Positions 38,191 to 50,948 of a DNA stretch of 64,000 nt are shown here, in pieces. This DNA comes from Oopsacas minuta (Eukaryota > Animalia > Porifera): positions 346,692 through 410,691 of the forward strand of contig JAKMXF010000155.1 of assembly GCA_024704765.1 (NCBI GenBank), written 5' to 3'. The first letter of the stretch is position 1. Each line of letters begins with the position of its first letter. Below the pieces are notes generated by a model that had not been told where the DNA came from, did not search any database, and saw only the letters and a list, made by a program, of their open reading frames with translations. A program made the position numbers and the translations under genes.

Positions 38191-40487
38191 CACTGCCCTG
38201 CGTCAAATTTGCTGATTATTATCCATGGGTAGTTTTTAGTTAACTTGAGTATGCTGATTCTCTATCTGTCATCAGAATTCCCCTATCACGTCTCGTTTTT
38301 ACTCAAATCTCATTTTAATGTAAGTCGATTTTTTTAAGTACACTTCCCTAGAATAAATGATTATATTTGATACATGTATGAATTTTTGTCTTTTGAAATA
38401 AACAGATACGTGCTTTATTGCATCTTCTAATTAGTCCCTTTAACTCCATTCTTTTCTACATAATTTGTTTTATTTTTATTTTTGTTATATACAGCTTTAT
38501 TGTACTATAGTCTACTATTTTGGTTTTTATTATCATATGGCTTATCGGAGAAGGTGCAGTAATGATCCAGATGTCTTTTGTTATATTTGTGGTAGTTTTA
38601 TGACTTCTAAACAAACTACGGCAATAACAGGATTTGTTAAAAAAGCATATTTAGAATATTTTGGAATGAGATTAGGTGATCAAGACAAAACATGAGCTCC
38701 ACATACAGTGTGCCGATCTTGTGTAGAAAATTTGAGACAATGGACAAAAGGAATCAGAAAGAGTTTAAGTTTTGGAATTCCAATGATATGGAGAGAGCCA
38801 CAAAATCACATTAGCGATTGTTACTTTTGTATGGCGAATATTTCCGGATTCAATGCTAAAACCAAGTCATTGATCAAGTATCCAAATTTACATTCAGCAA
38901 TACGACCCGTTGCCCATTCTATTGATGTACCTGTTCCAAAATTTACTAATTTGGATGTTATCTCGGAAATTGATGATTGTGAAACTAGAGATTCATTGAT
39001 TAGAGAAGATGAAGATTTTATTCCGTGTGTATTATCTCGTTCTAATTCTCCACAGTTATTTAATCAGTCTGAATTAAATGATTTGGTGCGTGATTTAGAT
39101 TTACCTAAAGAATCTGCCGAGTTGTTAGGTTCTAGGCTAAAAGAAAAAAACTTGCTTCTTCCAGAAACAAAATTTTACTCATATAGGAACAGAGAGATCG
39201 AATTTTTGAAATATTTCATAATGGAAGACGGATTTGTGTTTTGTCATGATGTTACACCGCTAGTTAATGCTCTTGGATGTCCGTATGTACCTAATGATTG
39301 GAGAGTCTTTAGTGATAGTTCAAAACAAAGTTTGAAATGTGTTCTACTTCATAATGGTAACAAATTTAGTTCCATACCAATTGGACATTCAGTAAGTTTA
39401 AAGGAACGATATGATAACATGAAAATTGTGCTTCATAGATTAATTATAACCAGCACAATTTGGTAATCTGTGGTGATTTAGAAATCATATGCATTCTTTT
39501 GGGACAGCAATCAGGATATACAAAATGCCCTTGTTTTTTATGCTTATGGGACAGTCGTGCAAAGAGCGAACACTATTCTAGACAGAGCTCGCCAGCTAGA
39601 ACCAATCTTAATGTTGGAGATAAGAACATTATTCACGAGCCTCTAGTGGATCCTCTCAAGATTTTGTTTCCACCACTTCATATAAAATTAGGATTGATGA
39701 AACAGTTCGTAAGGGCATTAGATAAAGAAGGAAATTGTTTCAAATATATTACCGAGAAGTTTTACTACCTAAGTGATGAAAAAAGAAAAGCCGGTATATT
39801 CGACGGTCCTCAGATAAGACAACTTGTTCGAGATGGCAATTTTTCAAATTCTATGATATGCAAAGAAAAATGTGCATGGAATGCATTTGTAGATGTCATG
39901 AAAAACTTCTTGGGAAATACGAAATCTCCTAATTATAAAATACTTGTGAATGAGTTGATTGAATCTTACAAGAATCTCGGCTGCAATATGAGTGTAAAAG
40001 TTCACTTTCTTCACAGTCATATTGACTATTTTCCAGAGAATCTTGGAGCTGTTTCCGAGGAGCAAGGTGAACGACTCCACCAAGACATAAAAACAATGGA
40101 AACACGATATCAGGGGAGGTGGGACGTTCATATGATGGCTGATTACTGCTGGTGCCTCAAGAGAGATTGTATTGCTGTTATTCATGCTAGAATGTCAGAA
40201 AAACGGAAATTTGCTCCTGATTCAGACTAATATATTCAAATTTATTTATTAACTAAGATTATATTATCAAGAAAAATTTATAAATGGCAGATTTTCACTA
40301 TTTTATTTTGTAGAGGTATCATGCATTCATCGATAAATATACCAATATTTAAAAATAATTTTGCAAAAAAACTAGACGTGATACGTATATTTTACAACAT
40401 TTTTCAAAATCAGTATTAAAATGTGAATTAGAAAATGTTTTGCAATAACAATCAGCAAATAAAATTTTTTTTTTCCGCAGGGCTGTG
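38191..40487 (+). mobile_element. Full-length Chapaev3-type (CMC) transposon; transposase with one premature stop and one frameshift
   Basis: TIR CACTGCCCTGCG / CGCAGGGCTGTG; perfect 3-bp TSD TTA. ORF from ATG 38537 (C..DPDVFCYICG; WREPQNHISDCYFC; VICGDL; PPLHIKLG; SEEQGERLHQD; MADYCW); TGA at 38693, frameshift near 39450. Confidence 0.9.
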
Positions 40488-40999
40488 TTATAGCTCTGCT
40501 TCATAATATAGTCATCTTACTTGTTCAACAAGACCCAAACGGAGGTGGATTGAACAATGATGTTGTTAGTATTTAGTTTCCTCAATTCAATAATTCATTT
40601 AGACCCATTTCAGTATTTAATGAAGGAAACTCATCTTCCTGTTTCTGATGAATCACAAGTGATGTCGATAATTTATTGAATCCTCTATCTGTTACGCACT
40701 GTTCACTCTGAGAAAAATTTGATTTCACTTCATTATATTATTTGAACAATCATTTACTCTAGCTCCAGCACTATCACTAGATTCACTACTACAAGAACGT
40801 CAATGCAGTTTCAGAAGAAATTCTTTCATTGTTTTGTGAATTTCCCCTTAGTTATGGTAACATCTCGTATGCAACTAGATGCAAAATGTACCTCATCAAA
40901 TTAATGAATTATCTACCTCCCATGATTTTTTCGAATTAAGTGCTGTAAGAATTTTAAGCAAATTCTAATTCTATTATCTCGGGCTGATTAGAATTTGAT

Positions 41000-41700
41000 T
41001 AAAAGATTCCCTAGAGAACAATTAAATTACAAACACGCTGACCGAATGCCGATATACCCATTCCATTTGGGTTTAACAAGCCGAGATACTTCCTAGCGCT
41101 CGCCATTTAGAGTAATACCTATCATCACCTTCCATAATGGTTCTTTCAAATTCAATAATCTATCCATCATTTTGATCCAGCTATTCCATCGAGTTTTGCG
41201 TTTAAAGATAAATTCAGCTTTGTGTCTAATAGTTGTTCTACGTGGCACCTAAGTAATTCATTTTTTAGTGGTGACTTTCTGAATATTCTAACAACATTTC
41301 CAACTTTCGTAACTACTGTGTATATCCATCCTTAAAGGCGTGATCAAAGCGCTTTTGATACTTCGTCATCTTGACTATCACCGTCCATACAATCAAAATC
41401 AACAAAAGACTATAATACCATTGAGCCATCTTCTGATTCATCTTACATTTTCTCATCTACATCCTAAATGTCATTGGAGTTGGACTCTCGGAGTATAGAG
41501 CAGCAACTCCTGCCAAATGCACTCCATTTACTAAGCATGTGAGTTGGTATATTCAGCTAAGCTCCCCCATTTTAGCAATGCCTGGGGACCCGTCACATAC
41601 AATTCATCACAATATTTTCGATGTAAATCAATTTTGAATTCATATAAATTTTCAAGTAAATTTGTGGAACCTCTTCACCTGTAATCCTATCTTATGTTCT
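41000..41700 (-). pseudogene. Old hAT transposase relic
   Basis: Broken minus-strand frames CDGSPGIAKMG, NGVHLA and KRKTRWNSW resemble the hAT D, CxxH and TRWNS motifs. Confidence 0.45.
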
Positions 41701-42785
41701 CCTCATTCCAGGAATCATAATTTTTTGGCACTGTGTACATTTACGTTCATATTGTATGTTCTGGATGGACGTGTACTCATCCAGTGTTACGCTGATCCGT
41801 TCATCGTTGAGAACTAATGTTTGTAACTGTGAGGTCATCTTTTCTCTTTGCGATCCTTACATCTCAGGTTACTATTTGAGAAACTGTTTTGTAATCTCTA
41901 AATGGCGTGAAATCTCGCAGAGCAGACCGAAATATTTACTCTGGCATATCTTTGAATAACTGAAACCGTTCTCTACCGTTAACCAAGCAATCACTCATCT
42001 AATTACTACTAGGAAATCCTATTTTGCTCTTAGACTTGTAATATATGATACTATTGGTAGTTCAGTTGTAAAAATTTACATTATTTTATTAAGTGATAGA
42101 CTTAAATTATCTCTACAAGAATATAGTGATCAGAGAGATTATAACTTATGTAACAGATTACAAATAATAGAGCAGGGAAAATATGTGATTCTATGACGTC
42201 AGAAAGGTGCTAAAATCCCGTTTTGGTGCGGGTGGCTAATGAAAAGTGTTAAAGTCTCCTTTTCCTTACCAACGCAACACTTCGGCCTTGATCGGTTAAA
42301 TGGTTTCATAATGAATTCAATCAGAATATTGTTCGTGTGAATAGCATTATGATTTGAGTTAAAACTTGTATCAAATTAACCGGTTTTCGAATTTCCAGAA
42401 AGGGTTTATCGGTTACCTTCCCTACTTACAGTTTAAACAACTTGCGAGAATGTTATTCTCTATTTTGAATACTAAAGCGAGGTATCCTGACAGTCATGAA
42501 TTTCAAGATTTGGAAGAATAGAGAGCTAAGTAAAATAGTAATTGAAATAGTTTGGATATATCTAATTGAATTTATACTACCAAATTTTCTAATCTTGCTC
42601 ATTGCCTTTGTTTCTTTTACCTTTTGCCTTTACTTTACTCTTATCCCCATAGTTTTTATGCCTTTCATTATTGATAGTGAAATATCGTTTATTTTTTCTT
42701 GCTTCATTGATCTGTAGTAATTATGCTTACTATTGAATTTTGAAGTGCTCATTGTATCGCACTCGGTTATGCTTCAATTTATTAA

Positions 42786-42950
42786 AACTTCATCTGGCTC
42801 TCTCTTTCTCTCATTTCTATCTCAATTCTAATTTCTTCACTCTCCGCCTATATAATGTCAATTCTGCTCTTTATTAGTGGTATCGAGATAAACCCAGGAC
42901 CGATTACTCCATCTCGAGATTCATTTTCCGAACACGGGAATCCATTAAAA
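42786..42950 (+). pseudogene. Hydrophobic stretch ending in 2A-like motif SGIEINPGP (repeat family, copy 1; possibly 5' part of a LINE)
   Basis: Open frame NFIWLSLSLISISILISSLSAYIMSILLFISGIEINPGPITPSRDSFSEHGN; a paralog is at 63327-63440. Confidence 0.5.
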
Positions 42951-43860
42951 TTTATTCTTTGGTCTTTAGTGTTATATGTTTAATTACTTCCTTCCTCCCC
43001 GCATTTCTCTTTATTTGGTCCGCAAATATGATCGCATATGGCCTATACGACAATCACTCTGTTGCGGTTCTGGACAAATTTGACTCTATTTATATACATA
43101 GATGTATGTATTTGTTTTATGAATGGAATCAATTTTTTAAGTCCATGTATTTACCTTTATTTGATTTTCTTTGGATTACCAGGGATTTATAAAATGATCT
43201 CCGCAGCACAACATTCGTTTGAAGATTGTATCAGCAAATTTCCATCTGCGACGCCAAATTTCCAATTTCCCTTTTGGGATTTATTTGGAAGAAGGTTGTT
43301 CACTTGGTGAATCTGACAGGAGTTAAAATTCTATTAAACCTTGTAGACTCGTTTAGTCAATTGTTAATATTGAACTCCCAGACAAACCACATCGTAAGTT
43401 CACCAAGCTCCAATGGTTCTGAGCAACAGATACAAGTGAATTTTTGTTTGAATAAGCTATATATGTCTTAGAGCGCATCACTAATTATATCTAGTATTGT
43501 TAATGATGTAGTTAGAAGCATTGTTAAGCGTTCAATTTCAGTTTCCTCTTCTGGTAACCTAGATTTATTAACACTTGAATTCGATTTAGGAGACGCTATT
43601 CTTCTTATTGTGTGGGCATAATCTGTTTCCGATTTAACCATGTATAACAATTTGAAGAGCAAATTCAGTCATTGTACTGATGGTGAAAAGTCTGAAGAAA
43701 GTAACATATTTTCTACAGATCATCGTAAGCTCAATTGTGGGTAGATACCGCAAAGTTTTAAGGGGTCTCTAACTTTCGAAATATTTTTGGGTTTTGCAAT
43801 TTGCTTATGCATTTTTATTGATGACTGTTATCATTCCATTAACGTAATCAAGAGGTGCGT

Positions 43861-44782
43861 CACAGTGTGGGAAAATGGCGATTATGTGGTAATAGGTACT
43901 TAGACTTAAGATATATATTAAAATGTTGTCACTTATAGTAAAACGACTCTGTTGATCTAAAAATGGCACCATATCTTTAGTTGCACTTTTAAAATGGGAC
44001 TATGACCTAATCTGTGGTGTTTTGACTTAAATTAATTATTATGGTTCAAGAATAAATGAGTCCTAAATTTATGAGTGTTTTATATCAACCGGCCCTATTT
44101 ATTGATAAACTTGAATAACGATGCGTATACTGAAATCAATTCTGCATTGGATACTTCATAAAATGCTACTAATGAATTAGATATACAGTACTTATAAAAT
44201 TTTATAACGAAGATTGAATTTTTCTAAAAATACATTTCATCCGAAACGGCGTGCCCCATACGCTCAATGTCAAGAAATGTATCAGTGGGCGCCTTTGGGT
44301 GCGTCTAGAAATTATTATGAATGAAATTTAAAAAGATAAACCATGCGAAAGAGTCGACTATACAACTTGCAATTATTTGCATTGTAAGATCGGGGACCTA
44401 AGATGTAGATCAAGGAGCTGAAATATGGGTAAAAACAGAATGCTAAAATGTTTGAGAATGAAAAATAGTATTTAATTTGTTTTGCAAACGAGTTAAAATC
44501 TATCATATAATGCATATGATTACTGATAAATGCCATTGAATTACAGAAAATTCAGGAATGCTGAAATATCGCATGGGTATTTGTATTATATTTGCGTTTT
44601 TCATTTTTCAAATTTCAAATTTTATCCCAAGTTTGAGACTAGTTAGACATGCTATATGTTCATTAAGTAACCAATAATAGCATGTTTCTAGGTTTGAAAT
44701 TGTGTAAGATTGAGTGCACACATTAATTTTAGTAAATAGCGAAGGCAAATTTTCACCAATTACTGCATAGTTCCACACTATG
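43861..44782. mobile_element. Non-autonomous Transib element (922 bp)
   Basis: Ends CACAGTGTGG and CCACACTATG; perfect 5-bp TSD TGCGT (43856-43860, 44783-44787). The flanks rejoin into sequence homologous to 11600-11740(-). Confidence 0.85.
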
Positions 44783-44787
44783 TGCGT

Positions 44788-45231
44788 ATAGAAATTGTTT
44801 GTTAACTTTTTATGGTAGGTTGTTTCACAACCAGGTCATAGTTTGTTTACCAAATGTCAGGTTAAACAAACGTTAGTTTAAGTGGAGAGATTTTGACCTT
44901 TTTCATTCGTTGGGTATTGAAACAAAAAAAGGAGTTTGATATTAATGCTGTTGCCAACTTACAAAAATATCTGTATTCTGGATACCTTGTTCGTTTTGAA
45001 TGTTCAAGCCTCCTTCATGCTCTTCATTATGCTTTAACTATCCAACATCCTGAGTATTCTGCCATTCCAATATCTGTACCAGATATGATCGGTAGTGATC
45101 ATGGTATTGCTGGAATTTCACATTTACTTAATAAATATCAATTTATACACAAATTTTTAAATAGATATAAGATCATGAGAATAGGTCTGCATACTTTTCG
45201 TAGATTATTAAATTGCAACAAAATTATGTGA
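44788..45231 (+). pseudogene. Decayed transposase relic (possibly MULE-like), split by the Transib MITE
   Basis: FIDDCYHSIN upstream of the insertion, then QPGHSLF, WVLKQ and PDMIGSDHGI; only loosely MULE-like. Confidence 0.3.
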
Positions 45232-46379
45232 AATTGACCATCTTTTTCAAGATATGGTGTTATTTTTATGTCCAATAATGATATCCATAAATTATGGAAG
45301 CAAATTTTGCTAACTTAGAAATTTATGTTAAGAGAGAGATATACATTATGATGAAATACCAGAGGAATGTGAATATGAATCAACTGTAATATTTAATGCT
45401 GTAAGGCTTTAGCCACTTTTGGTAACATTTTGAAGATGCCTGGAAAAACAATTGCAGCTCAAGGCTATGTTGTTTTTTGGGGGTGGAACGTCCCCTACCC
45501 CCGTATTAATTACGCAATGGATCAGATCGGCTGATTTCAGGCTCCTGGCTGGATCTAAAATTTTTGAGCTTATTCAATATCATTACTCCCCTACTGGACT
45601 ACTTGTTTTATACTCTTCCTACATTCCCCAAGTTAGACGAATAGTATCAAAAGTTAGTCTTTGATTTAAATCTGTTAAGTATGTTACTACCGAATCAATA
45701 TATTTCGTTTTTAGTGTAAATTAGGTAATATAAATTACCATAGATGGCACATTTTTAGCCAATATCTACATATAACTCGATTGTCGCGAGAGTTTTAGTC
45801 AAATCAGTCAATCCATTATGCACCACGGACATAATTTCCCATATCAATGTAATACATTTATATATGATATCTCTAAGCATTATTGTGTAATCTTGACAAT
45901 GACCAAATTTTGGCATATTCACTATTGCGTTACACCAGTTAGGCAAATCGTTTCAAAATATATGGGCTTTGGGTATGTTGTACATATTGGCTGGACTGAT
46001 TTGTCTTAACCTCTCAAGACATTCGACTTATATATAGATATTGACCAAAAAATGTTTTCTTATCTTCAGGGTCACTATTAAGTTATTTTACAATTTCACC
46101 TTTTCTAGTAACCCTATCATTATGCCCCTTATCCATCATTTTCGTTTTAAATACTCCTATGATGCCATTAGAAAATTCTGTGAATGTGGCTATTATAATT
46201 TTCAATAAGCTTTTGTTGCAACCTTCCAAAGATGAAAGAGAAACAATCTGAAAATTTTATTGTTTCAGACTGGAAACACAGAATATGGCATTTTGAAGAA
46301 GCTCACAAATGATACTTTCAACAGGATGCTTATATATATCGCATCATTAAATGATATATTGATAAGGTGTCAAAGATAA

Positions 46380-47420
46380 AACTCGTTCGGGCAGAACCAC
46401 CTCATTAAGTACTATGCAGCTAGATTAAATGATTTTAAGTAGAATTTCCCGTAATCCGAGTCTCTCAATGCGTAAATGTCCAAGGACTACGAATTTAGGG
46501 AAAAGTTTGGAACTAACATTGCAAAAAACTAGGACTAAAGTCTCTCAAACGGTGAGCAGTTCATTATCTCCCTCCTTCATTTCGCAAAACGCTCATTCCA
46601 AGATGCAAAAGCCTAGTATGAGAGAATACTCCTTTTAGACCAAAAGAATATGAACATAGAGAAAGTTTCAAACTCCCAAAATGAAAGAATTTTTGCGACC
46701 TTGTCCAATACAATCCCTAATATTATGTATTCTTCGGTAATATACAAAGTCATCTTTATCTTATTGTTTGGCTAGTGTATAGGCAAATTATATGAAACAT
46801 TTGATTTTAATCATCCTGGAGTCAAAAGAAATTTGCAGAGCTATCGAGAGTTCATTCTTGAGACAGGAATTATGTATCCATCTTCAAACTTGTTCAATAA
46901 TCAAACTTTGTTGTTTCAACGGGATACAGTACCTGCCCCTAGGTCAAATGCTACTCAAGCATGGCTATTAGGTGTAAAATTGAATTTGTTCCCGAGACAG
47001 AATTGCCACCTTCCAGCTCTGATTTAAACCCACTTACAGTGGCTGTCCCAGGTGGGGCAAACTGGCGATTTGCACCGATTTGCAAATTTTGGCCCCACCC
47101 CACCTCCGTTTTGCCATATACTAAGATCACCACTGCCCATGAGATAATAAGATTTTACCCCGGCTTTGTGTCCGGCTATGCAAAATCCTAGAACTGCATC
47201 CGCCCACTTTACTCTTTTGAGTGGGTAAACTTAGAGAACAATGCCTACTCAAAACTTCACGACTTTTACAAAGTCTATGACAAGCACTAAGTTAGGAATA
47301 GGAAAGTATGCTTCCAGAAGAGATCGTAAATCTGTTTCCAGATTTAGAGAACGGCTTAAAATCGTAGTTAAACAAATGGGGGTTATTTCCAGTGACATTG
47401 TATGGGAATATTTAATATAA
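46380..47420 (+). pseudogene. Heavily decayed maT/Tc1 relic
   Basis: ISRNPSLSMRK, NSQNERI, LLFQRDTVPAPRSNATQAWL and LPPSSSDLNPL remnants; no clear TIRs. Confidence 0.7.
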
Positions 47421-47613
47421 TTTCTTATTATTAAAGTGTTGATACCTTCTTGGACTATATCAAGCTCTACAAACTGATGATAAATTTTCTAACTCCATTC
47501 TATATAGAATCATCATACATTTATACGACACATAAAATTATATTTGGCATTATGATAAACAAAATTTACAAAATATTTGGGAGTATATCTAGCCATCCTA
47601 ATTTCAATATCTA

Positions 47614-48890
47614 CAGGGTGACAAATAAGTTCTGCCCATTGAAAATTTATTATAACTAAACCATGAACTAAGATATTGACTTGAAATTATGCTATAACTT
47701 TGTAAACTAATATAGATTCATAATATATTAAATTGTTCGATATAGCCCCCTTTCTTTTTGATGACAGCTCTTAGCCGCTTGGGGACGGACTCGACAGCGG
47801 CACGCAACCTTTCCTGCGTGATTTTTGCCAATTCTCGGGGTAAAGACGTTTTTAGAGACTTGATACTCTTGTGGGAAGTAGCGCACGCATTTGTCTCTAA
47901 TATCGACCACAACGAGAAGTCCATCGGGTTGAGATCTGGGCTGGAAGGAGGCAATTCCTCCTTAGAGATGAAGTCTGAGATAGTGTTTGTAACCACTGTT
48001 GGTTGATTTTCGCTGTGTGGGCTGGCGCACCATCTTGCTGGAATAAAAATGGACGATTATTGAACATGGTCTTACCAAGGCCTCTCACTATTGGGTCTAA
48101 AACGAGCTCCTGATATTTAACAGCGTTTATTTTACGCTCGGTGGGATGACAACCAGTGGGGTACGGCTTTTGCAGACTCCTCCGTTCAAACCATCACTGG
48201 CTGAGGATGCTGAACTCTTTGGATGCATCGATATTCTAGTGGTATGGAAGATGGAGAAGAAGGCAATACTCGATCGTTTTGACGATTGTACGCCCTCTCG
48301 ACCGTAAATAATTTCTCATCCGAGAATAAAATTTCATCAAGGCTAAAACTTGCGAGCAGGGCGAGTAAAGCCTTACTCCTGGCTAGTCTCTTTTCTTTAA
48401 TCTGTGCCGAAATAAAGTGAACCTTCCTCTTTTTGTAATGAAATAGGCCCATATCGCTCTTCACAATTGTTCTGACCGATTCTCTTGATATTTTGAGTTC
48501 TAGCGCCATTTTTCGCATCGAAGTTGCCAATTCGCCGAATCCGACTACGGATAACCTTTCTCTTCTGGGTAGTGGTCGCAGATGTTGGACGTCCACTTCT
48601 CTGCCTGTCTGAGGTACTACCAGTGTCCTTATATCTTTTAATAGTATGATATATCAATTTCCTGCGCGACTTGGGGAAATTGAGAATCTTCAGTATTATG
48701 CTTTTGCTTTTCCGTTGCAAATTTATATTAGCAATAGCCATCCTATTCTTCTTCATTTTCCCTAGAAAATTTAGCTTGTTCAGAATGACGGATTACCATT
48801 GAATACTTTAAATATATACATTGTTACTTATCTTACACTATGTTTCACTGAGAAAATGGTGCAATCATGTTGACAATCTTTGGCAGGTAA
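47614..48890 (-). mobile_element. maT-type (DD37D) element, frameshifted, one end eroded
   Basis: TA|CAGGGTGACAAATAAGTTCTGCCC terminus; ILFSDEKLF, FQQDGAPAH and PPSSPDLNPMDFSLW motifs. Confidence 0.9.
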
Positions 48891-50948
48891 ACTTCATGCC
48901 AGTAGTGGAGCTGAAACATTCCTGAAATGGGTTATATCCCTTCTTTGCACAGATTAAAATCCATATATATATTAATATAACAATCTGTTTGGGTATGAAA
49001 TAATACTCAGTTGGGAATAATCTACTACACGAGTATGGCATTTTTGAAAATATAATTATGAATCATCGACTATTGCATTTTAATATAGCTAGTCAAGCTA
49101 GATTGGACTAATGCACCCCTCCCTCCCTAGGACGGATCATTGGGTGTGGAGGCCCGCTCCAAACGAGATATACCGTTGCTGTTGATATCTGCAGGATTCC
49201 AAAGGAGTATGAGATAGCAGTGACTACCTACGGAAACCTACCTCTCTCCATTTTTCGTTTTGGTTTTGTTTTTGCGCCACTCTACTGCAACCTCATTGAA
49301 GTTCACCCATTTTCTAATATATACACAAGAATAGCAAACTTTTGATTTTGTAAGTGAAATACTAGTCGAGGCTCAAAATTCTATGAATTCAATAAATAAT
49401 GCTATAACGCAATTGATCTAATATATATATGTGTGTGTATACCCTACGTGGACAAATGTGTTTATCGACTGCTAAAATTTCTACACAAATAGTACGAATC
49501 TCGCCTTTTCTGACTGGCAAATACATGAATACTGTAAGATTAATACTATATCCCATGTCTAATTTCCATTCTACGTATTTGAAACCTCAGTATACAGACT
49601 TCCTATATACATACTGTATGAAAATGTTGTTGAAGATTTCAATCCATGACACGTTGTGCCACTTTATTCCATTTCCAACTATTGTACATTTTGTGATACA
49701 TTTTACTAAGTAACATATGGTTGGAAATTTTGAAAACTTATTAGTAAGTGTTCATAGAATTCTTAGAGACTAATTTATCAGAATACCTAGATAGCTAATT
49801 TGATGCCCAATAGCCTTTGAATTGCATTAACAATAGGCCCACTATTGTGTTAAATGGATGAAATTTTGGATATCTATGAGTACCCCTTTTCTGGGTAGGG
49901 TATATATATTAATATGTTTAATGTAGAGAATTGATAAAAGAAACTGGCAGACCCCAAGGCTGATTTTTGGTATACAGATATATTTTGGGCCTGGCTCGAA
50001 CAGGTTTGAGTGTTGGACGAAATTCACACCTATGATGAAATTATGAAGCCATTGCCACTTCTTTGGATTTTCGAAAAAGCAATGTATAATAGTGATAACA
50101 CTATTATAGACTGCACAGCCAATATACATGATATAAGTTTGAAATTTGAATCACCTGTACCCCTCAATGTCAGAAATGTCCTGATATCACGATTCTGACC
50201 CAATGCTGACTCATCATGTGATTATTAAGTCATGTTTACAAATTCTAAATTATCCAAATTTCGAAATATTTCAGAATTTCTCAATTCCGAAGGCACGAAG
50301 TGCCGAGATTGCTACCAAAAAGCGACAAAACATCTCCAAGGTCACCACAGAATGTCATTGAATTAAATTTTGATGGAACATGGATAATACAATCTTAAAA
50401 TTTCTTTGATATTATTAATTCGAGGTCCTAAGTGCTTAGTTTATCCCCTTGTGGAGCCCCCCAAAGCACTAGGAATTTTTTCTGATTACTACTTAATATA
50501 ACCTGAAGTACTAAGCTGTCGCGCAATGACTTAGTAAGCTAAGTGCGCTAGTTCAAAATACTCACACACATGAATTATATTTCTATCAAAGTATGGGATA
50601 ACTACCCTCTGAACGCCAGTATTTTTCACAGGCTTTTAAAATTGAATCTAAGACTTATCCCACTTTCTGTAATAGGTATCAAAAATATAATTCTAACTCT
50701 ATTAAATAATATTTTGGCAAATTTCTTTGCATATTTAAGAAATAGTCTCAAATTATGGCAGAGGTATTTCATTGTAAATTTCTTAAAAATGCATGCCAAA
50801 GAGTTCGTCTCTGCATTTTCTACTTAATGCTCGTTTTTGGTATTACTGCAATTGGTGAAAACGAACTGGTAAAAATTGCAATTTTTGCCAGTAATCGGTT
50901 AACTTTTGTCAAGAACTTGTTATGACATGTTACGTCGATAGTAATATA

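Noticed and set aside
49900-50400. piggyBac C-terminal cysteine-rich relic (KCRDCYQK)
   Set aside because: Too decayed to support; no TTAA-bounded ends found.
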